From: an uncultured Thermoleophilia bacterium
GTDB lineage: Bacteria > Actinomycetota > Thermoleophilia > UBA2241
Length of the DNA stretch: 64,000 bases
Assembly: GCA_963829205.1 (NCBI GenBank)
Contig: CAWHHT010000005.1
Span: forward strand, 774,187 to 838,186
Direction of reading: 5' to 3'
This document shows positions 58,988 to 64,000 of this stretch, piece after piece. Positions within the stretch are counted from its first letter, which is position 1. The number at the start of each line of letters is the position of its first letter. A model generated the notes under the pieces. The model was not told the DNA's origin. It did no database searches and saw only the letters and a list, made by a program, of their open reading frames with translations. The translations under genes and the position numbers were made by a program.

Positions 58988-60442
58988 ATGAGCGCCGAAC
59001 TTGAGACGGACGCCGGGCAGGCCGGCGAGATCGCGGAGGGGCGCGCGCGGCCCGGACGGCACGGGCGGCCCGGCGCAGCCGGGGCCGCCTGGGCCGCCGA
59101 CGTCGCGCGCGCTCGCAACGGCTCGCGCAAGCCGAACCGGCTGGCGGCGTTCATCTTCCAGCTGCTCGCCGCCATCGGCTTCGGCATCTCCATCGCGCTC
59201 GTCGTGCCGACACTCGGCGCCAGCGCGCTCGCCGCGCCCGGCGGCCTGCTTCTGGCCGGCGGGCGCATCGCCGGCATGGCCGGCACGTACCTGCTGCTCG
59301 TCACGATCGCCATCGTGGGGCGCATCCCCGCGCTCGAACGCGCCGTCGGACAGGACAGGCTCGTCGGCTGGCACCGCGTGCTGGGGCCGTGGATCCTGAT
59401 CCTGCTCGGCGCGCACGCAGTGCTGCTCACCTTCGGCTACGCCCTCGGCGTCAAGACCGGCGCGCTGCACGAGCTCGTCGTGCTGATCATGACCTTCCCC
59501 GGCATGCTGGCCGCCGCGGCGGGCCTGGGCCTCCTTGTCCTGGCCGGAGTGACGAGCTACCGGTACGCGCGCCGCAAGATGCGCTACGAGACCTGGTGGG
59601 CCGTTCATCTCTACACGTACCTCGCGGCGGCGATCTCGCTGTGGCACCAGTTCGCCACCGGCACGCCGTTCGTCGGGCACCCGGTGGCGATCGCCTGGTG
59701 GGCCGCCCTGTGGGCGCTCACGGCCGGCGTCGTCCTGGTCTATCGCGTCGGCCTGCCGCTGGTGCGCAGCAACCGGCACCGCCTCAAGGTCGTGAGCATC
59801 GAGGAAGAGGCGCCGGGCGTGGTCTCGGTGATCTGCAAGGGCCGCCACCTCGACCGGCTGCCGGTGAGCGGCGGGCAGTTCATGCAGTGGCGCTTCCTGG
59901 TGAGCGGCATGTGGTGGCAGGCGCACCCTTACTCGCTCTCGGCGATGCCGACCGCGAACCGGATCCGCATCACCGTGAAGTCGCTCGGCGACCACAGCAG
60001 ATCGCTGGCAGAGCTCGAGCCCGGCACGCCGGTCGCGATCGAAGGGCCCTACGGCGCCTTCACCAAGCACGTGCGCAAGAGCGACCGCATCCTGCTCGTG
60101 GGTGCGGGGGTCGGCGCCACGCCGATCCGCGCCTTGCTGGACGACCTGCCGCGCCACGTCGACACGACCGTGATCCTGCGCGGCCGGCACGAACGCGAGC
60201 TGGTCCTGCGCGACGAGATCGCCCAGGTGGTCGGCGAGCGTGCGGGCAGACTCCACGAGGTCGTTGGCCCGCGTGAACAGGCGCCGCTCGACGTGCACCA
60301 CCTGCGGCGGCTCGTCCCCGACGTCGCGGAGCGCGACGTGTACGTCTGCGGCCCGGGCAGCTTCATGACCAGCTTCATCTCCGCCGCTCGCGAGGCCGGA
60401 GTGCCGGAGGACCGCATCCACTACGAGGACTTCTCGTTCTGA
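58988..60442 (+). CDS. Ferric reductase-like transmembrane protein with FAD/NAD-binding domains
   Basis: TM His motifs (WHR, GAH, VHLY, WHQ), then HPYSLS, EGPYG, GAGVGATP and YVCGP. Confidence 0.88.
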   Translation: MSAELETDAGQAGEIAEGRARPGRHGRPGAAGAAWAADVARARNGSRKPNRLAAFIFQLLAAIGFGISIALVVPTLGASALAAPGGLLLAGGRIAGMAGTYLLLVTIAIVGRIPALERAVGQDRLVGWHRVLGPWILILLGAHAVLLTFGYALGVKTGALHELVVLIMTFPGMLAAAAGLGLLVLAGVTSYRYARRKMRYETWWAVHLYTYLAAAISLWHQFATGTPFVGHPVAIAWWAALWALTAGVVLVYRVGLPLVRSNRHRLKVVSIEEEAPGVVSVICKGRHLDRLPVSGGQFMQWRFLVSGMWWQAHPYSLSAMPTANRIRITVKSLGDHSRSLAELEPGTPVAIEGPYGAFTKHVRKSDRILLVGAGVGATPIRALLDDLPRHVDTTVILRGRHERELVLRDEIAQVVGERAGRLHEVVGPREQAPLDVHHLRRLVPDVAERDVYVCGPGSFMTSFISAAREAGVPEDRIHYEDFSF

Positions 60443-60479
60443 TGGACGAGACGCCCACGCAACCAGAAGGGAGAGCCCG

Positions 60480-60977
60480 ATGAGACGATCAGTCATCGTC
60501 CTGGCCGCCACGGCGGCGGGCCTCGGCTTTGTCCTGGCCTACCACCCGAGCGGCGGCGGCAACGCCGCCCTGCCCGCCTCGATCGCGGCCTCGTCCAAGT
60601 CCGGCGTCGGCCCTGGCGCCACTGCGGTCGGCACCGATCAGCCGTTGCAGGGCGGGCTCGGCGACCTGCAAGTCAGGGTCAGCGCCCAGAACGGCAAGAT
60701 CACGTCTGTCGGGATGGCGACGCTCAACGTGCACGGGCCGCAGTCGGCGCAGATCACCGGCAGCGTCATCCCGCAGCTCAACCAGCAGGTGCTCGCCAGC
60801 AACGGCCGCTCCATCCAGGCCGTGTCCGGCGCGACCTACACCAGTCAGGCCTACGCGCGGTCGCTCCAGGCAGCCCTGGACAAGATCGCCGCCACGGGAG
60901 GATCCAATGCAGCACTCGGAACAGGTAATGGGAACGGTGGTGTCGCTGTCACTGGCGTCGGAGGCCACGACGACTGA
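60480..60977 (+). CDS. Extracytoplasmic FMN-binding (flavinylated) protein
   Basis: Signal peptide and the flavinylation motif VSGATYTS. Confidence 0.85.
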   Translation: MRRSVIVLAATAAGLGFVLAYHPSGGGNAALPASIAASSKSGVGPGATAVGTDQPLQGGLGDLQVRVSAQNGKITSVGMATLNVHGPQSAQITGSVIPQLNQQVLASNGRSIQAVSGATYTSQAYARSLQAALDKIAATGGSNAALGTGNGNGGVAVTGVGGHDD

Positions 60978-61706
60978 GACCGGCCGCGCGGGCGACCCAG
61001 ACGATCCGTCCACCGTCGCCATGGCGCGGGCGATCATAGCCCTGCATGAGGCCGATCGCGTGTTCAGCACGTGGCAGCCGCAGAGCCCGATGAACCGGCT
61101 GCGCCGCGGCGAGATCGAGCCTGGATGAGGCGCCGCCCGAGGTCGCAGAGGTACTCGAGCTCTGCCGCCGGGCCCGTGAGGCCTCCGGCGGCTGGTTCGA
61201 CCCCTGGAGGATACCGGGCGGCGTCGACCCGACAGGGCTCGTCAAGGGCTGGGCCGCGGAGCGGGCGCTGGCGGCCCTCCGCGGCAGCGGCGCTCCCGCG
61301 GGCATGGTCAACGCCGGCGGCGACATCGCCGTGTTCGGCGAGCCGGCCCCCGGCGAGCCCTGGCGCATCGGCATCCAGGACCCGCGCTACGAGGACCGGG
61401 TGCTCTGCGTCGTGGAGCTCCATCGGAGACGGCGCCGTGGCCACGTCGGGCACCTACCAGCGCGGGTACCATGTCGTCGATCCGGTGACGGAGGCCCCCG
61501 CCCGCGAGCTGGTCGCGGCGACCGTCGCCGGGCCGAGCCTGGCGTTCGCCGACGCGCTCGCCACCGGCCTGCTCGCCTCCGGCGGGCAGGCCCTCGAGCG
61601 CGTCGCCGCCAACGAGGGCTACTCGGCGCTCATCGTCGACGCCGCCGGGCGCATGCGGGCGACGCCGGGCTTCCCGGTCGCCGTCGAGCTGGCGATGGCG
61701 GGCTGA
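60907..61706 (+). CDS. apbE: FAD:protein FMN transferase (two frameshifts)
   Basis: Motifs VMGT, DPTGLVKGWA, VNAGGDI, ATSGTYQRG and ADALAT. Confidence 0.82.
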
Positions 61707-61794
61707 GGCGGCCGCTCACGGCGTGCGGGGCCCGGGTCGCGGGATGCCTTCACTCATGCGGCCGCCAAGGGCCGCGTGACCCGCGGAGGGCGAC

Positions 61795-62487
61795 ATGGAC
61801 ATCGGCATCATCGGATCGGCCACGGTCGCCCAGACCGTCGGCGGCAAGCTGCTCGACCTCGGCCACACAGTGACCATCAGCTCGCGCGACACGAGCCGGA
61901 GCAAGGACCGGGGAGAGATGGGCACGCTGCCCAGTGCCGACAGGTGGGTGGCCGAGCAGCGCGCCGAGGGCGCCGACGCGGCCGCCGGCAGCTTCGCGGA
62001 GGCTGCCGCCGCCGGCGAGCTGGTGATCAACGCGACCACGGGTGCCGGATCGCTCGAGGCGCTCGAGCTCGCCGGCGCCTCCAATCTGCGCGGCAAGATC
62101 CTCATCGACCTCTCCAACCCACTCGATTTCTCCAAGGGCATGCCGCCCAGCCTCTTCGTCTGCAACACCGACTCGCTCGGCGAGCAGATCCAGGCCGCCT
62201 TGCCCGAGACGCGTGTCATCAAGACTCTCAACACCGTGAGCGCCGGCGTGATGGTGGACCCTCTGCAGCTCGGCGAGCCGACCACGATCTTCGTCGCCGG
62301 CGACCACGGCGACGCGAAGGCGTGGGTCACGCGGCACGTGCTGCGCGAGTGGTTCGGCTGGGAGCACGTCGTCGACCTCGGGGACATCACGGCGTCGCGC
62401 GGCCTCGAGATGTACCTGCCGATCTGGCTGCGGATGTGGGCGGCGTCGGGCGCCGGCGCGCTCAATATCAAGCTTGTGACGGCGTAG
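61795..62487 (+). CDS. NADP oxidoreductase, F420-dependent family
   Basis: Motifs IGIIGS, IDLSNPL, DSLGEQIQ and VIKTLNT. Confidence 0.8.
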   Translation: MDIGIIGSATVAQTVGGKLLDLGHTVTISSRDTSRSKDRGEMGTLPSADRWVAEQRAEGADAAAGSFAEAAAAGELVINATTGAGSLEALELAGASNLRGKILIDLSNPLDFSKGMPPSLFVCNTDSLGEQIQAALPETRVIKTLNTVSAGVMVDPLQLGEPTTIFVAGDHGDAKAWVTRHVLREWFGWEHVVDLGDITASRGLEMYLPIWLRMWAASGAGALNIKLVTA

Positions 62488-62559
62488 CAGGAGCGGGGCG
62501 GCGGGCGGTCCGGCGCGGCTCCGCCGCGCCCCGCCGCCCGCCGCCCGCAGCCGCGCGGG

Positions 62560-63057
62560 TCAGGCCGCGCGCCTCGTGCCCTCCTCGGTCTCCGCCGGCT
62601 GGGACTGACCCGACCGAGCCCTCGACTCACCCCGCCACTCGTCGCCGGCTCCGCTCGAGCTCGACAGAGCCGCCGCTTCCTCGCGGCTGCCGTGCGCCGC
62701 AAGCCCGTAGATGACCAGGAAGTCGAGCGTCATGATCATCAACGACCACAGCGGATACGCCTGGGCGAACAAGAGTTGCCCCAAGGCGCTCAAGCCGGCG
62801 ATCGTGACGCCGGTCCATCGGGCCGCCTGGCTGCCGCTGAGGACGTAGAGGCCGCTCAGCAGGCTGGCGACGCCGAGGCCGAACGTGATCCAGCCCCACG
62901 CCCTCAGGTCGCTGAACACGAACACCGCGTTCCCGACGAAGAAGCTGGACTTGTACACGGCCATAAGACCGTCGATGACGCCGAAGATCCCGGCGATGGT
63001 GAGGACGATGGCCGCGTACGCTACCCAGCCACGTCCCGCTCTCGAACGAGGATCCAT
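62560..63057 (-). CDS. Actinobacterial 4-TM membrane protein
   Basis: WGW and YPLWS motifs; GAGGAG RBS. Confidence 0.7.
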   Translation of the reverse strand: MDPRSRAGRGWVAYAAIVLTIAGIFGVIDGLMAVYKSSFFVGNAVFVFSDLRAWGWITFGLGVASLLSGLYVLSGSQAARWTGVTIAGLSALGQLLFAQAYPLWSLMIMTLDFLVIYGLAAHGSREEAAALSSSSGAGDEWRGESRARSGQSQPAETEEGTRRAA

Positions 63058-63290
63058 GATAGAGCTCCTCATGTTGAGGTTGTGCTTGCCGTTACGTCCG
63101 TGGACGAACGCAAGATTAGTGCCCGAAAGCACTCGAAACATCACATGAAGAATGTTCGGCCGGTCGCGCCTGAGGCTGCGGCGCGGCGGACCCGCGCGTT
63201 GCCGGGCAGGAACACACTCCTCGCCCGCAGAACCCATTGAGGCATTGCACGAACGTGCCGATAGGGTTCGTAGGCTAGCGGGAGCCAACT

Positions 63291-63782
63291 ATGCGTGCGT
63301 CCGATCGAGAGAGGCGAAGACTCTTCCTCACGTTCTGCGAGGGTGACCTTGCCGCCGTGCGTCCGGTCGCCGCCGGCCTGCGCGTGAGCGGCGGCGGCCT
63401 TGCCCTGGACTACGCCGTGCTGCATGAGCCGTTCGCCGCCGAGCGCTCCGACCTCATCCGCGCGAGTCTCGCGCTGCGCCTCAAGCACTCGTCCGCCGCC
63501 ATCTGCCTGATCGGCGCCGCGACGGCCACCGACGAGTGGGTGCGCTGGACGCTCGCCGCGGCGAGAGAGCTGCGCGTCCCGCTGCTCGGCGCGTCGCTGG
63601 CGGGACCGCCGCCCGCTGAGGCCGTCGACCTGCTGGCCGGCTTCGGCGCCGAGATCGTCCCGCTCGACGGCGCCGTCATCGCGCACCGCGTGACCGGCGA
63701 GCTGCCCCGTGTCGGCGGCCGCACACGCCCCCACGAGCATCCGCTCTCCTTCGCCGTGCGCTTCATGCGGCTTCCGCGCTGA
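63291..63782 (+). CDS. TIR-like (DUF1863/ThsB-like) domain protein, degenerate
   Basis: Motifs RRLFLTF, SSAAICLIG..T and WVRWTL (canonical WVxWEI). Confidence 0.6.
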   Translation: MRASDRERRRLFLTFCEGDLAAVRPVAAGLRVSGGGLALDYAVLHEPFAAERSDLIRASLALRLKHSSAAICLIGAATATDEWVRWTLAAARELRVPLLGASLAGPPPAEAVDLLAGFGAEIVPLDGAVIAHRVTGELPRVGGRTRPHEHPLSFAVRFMRLPR

Positions 63783-63882
63783 CGTTCGCTCTCTGACACC
63801 TCTCCCACCTGCCGCGCCGCGTGTTCCCGCGTGCAGCCATGCGGGTACGTTGAGGGCGCCATTGGACACGAGGAGGGTACCC

Positions 63883-64000
63883 ATGACCACGATCCCCCAG
63901 GAGCTCCACGACCTGCTCGCCGGCGGCCACAACGTCTGGGTGGCCACGGTAGCGCCGGACGGCACGCCCAACGTCTCCATCAAGGGCAGCGGCGCCCTCC
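63883..64000 (+). CDS. Pyridoxamine 5'-phosphate oxidase family protein, 3' partial
   Basis: Motif WVATVAPDGTPNVSIKGS; AGGAGG RBS. Confidence 0.7.
   Translation, partial: MTTIPQELHDLLAGGHNVWVATVAPDGTPNVSIKGSGAL

Noticed and set aside
61110-61130. Selenocysteine read-through at the in-frame TGA in apbE (and in paaK near 2735)
   Set aside because: Homology resumes in a different frame, so a frameshift rather than recoding explains it.
606-62714. Many long alternative-frame and antisense ORFs (e.g. 606-2324, 12337-14883, 24150-26474, 42966-45134)
   Set aside because: They are Arg/Pro/Ala-rich shadows of real genes, as expected in very high-GC DNA.
63291-63782. Thoeris defence system
   Set aside because: No ThsA-like effector is adjacent and the catalytic Glu is missing.

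Overview
Very GC-rich bacterial DNA, probably from an anaerobic or microaerophilic Actinomycetota lineage. This is an inference from a Gram-positive LexA box, apparently leaderless genes, and ior, corrinoid and multiheme gene content. Many conserved genes are broken by single-base frameshifts, which looks more like long-read assembly error than real decay. Content, left to right: a partial AAA ATPase; an iorA-iorB-paaK aromatic acid cluster; a corrinoid methyltransferase cluster with a divergent GntR regulator and a second B12-binding protein; a PadR/ABC exporter; PPK2; and a ferredoxin / flavoprotein / membrane heme protein / nonaheme cytochrome operon. Next come three type II toxin-antitoxin pairs, each preceded by the same CAGAGTGACGA motif. 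An AT-richer defence island (~27.6-34.4 kb) follows, encoding a PD-(D/E)XK + DGQHR + Schlafen/AlbA_2 fusion, a SacI-like R-M pair, Vsr and an SRA-like + PD-(D/E)XK nuclease. The rest holds arsR-arsM; assorted enzymes, including an ammonia-lyase lacking the MIO tripeptide and a Grx-TrxR fusion; a LexA-boxed UvrD-like helicase; a ~176-nt strongly structured intergenic RNA candidate; a multiheme cytochrome with non-canonical heme motifs, divergent from a flavinylation (ferric reductase / FMN-binding / ApbE) operon; and a TIR-like gene lacking the catalytic Glu. All family assignments come from motif recognition by eye, without database searches.
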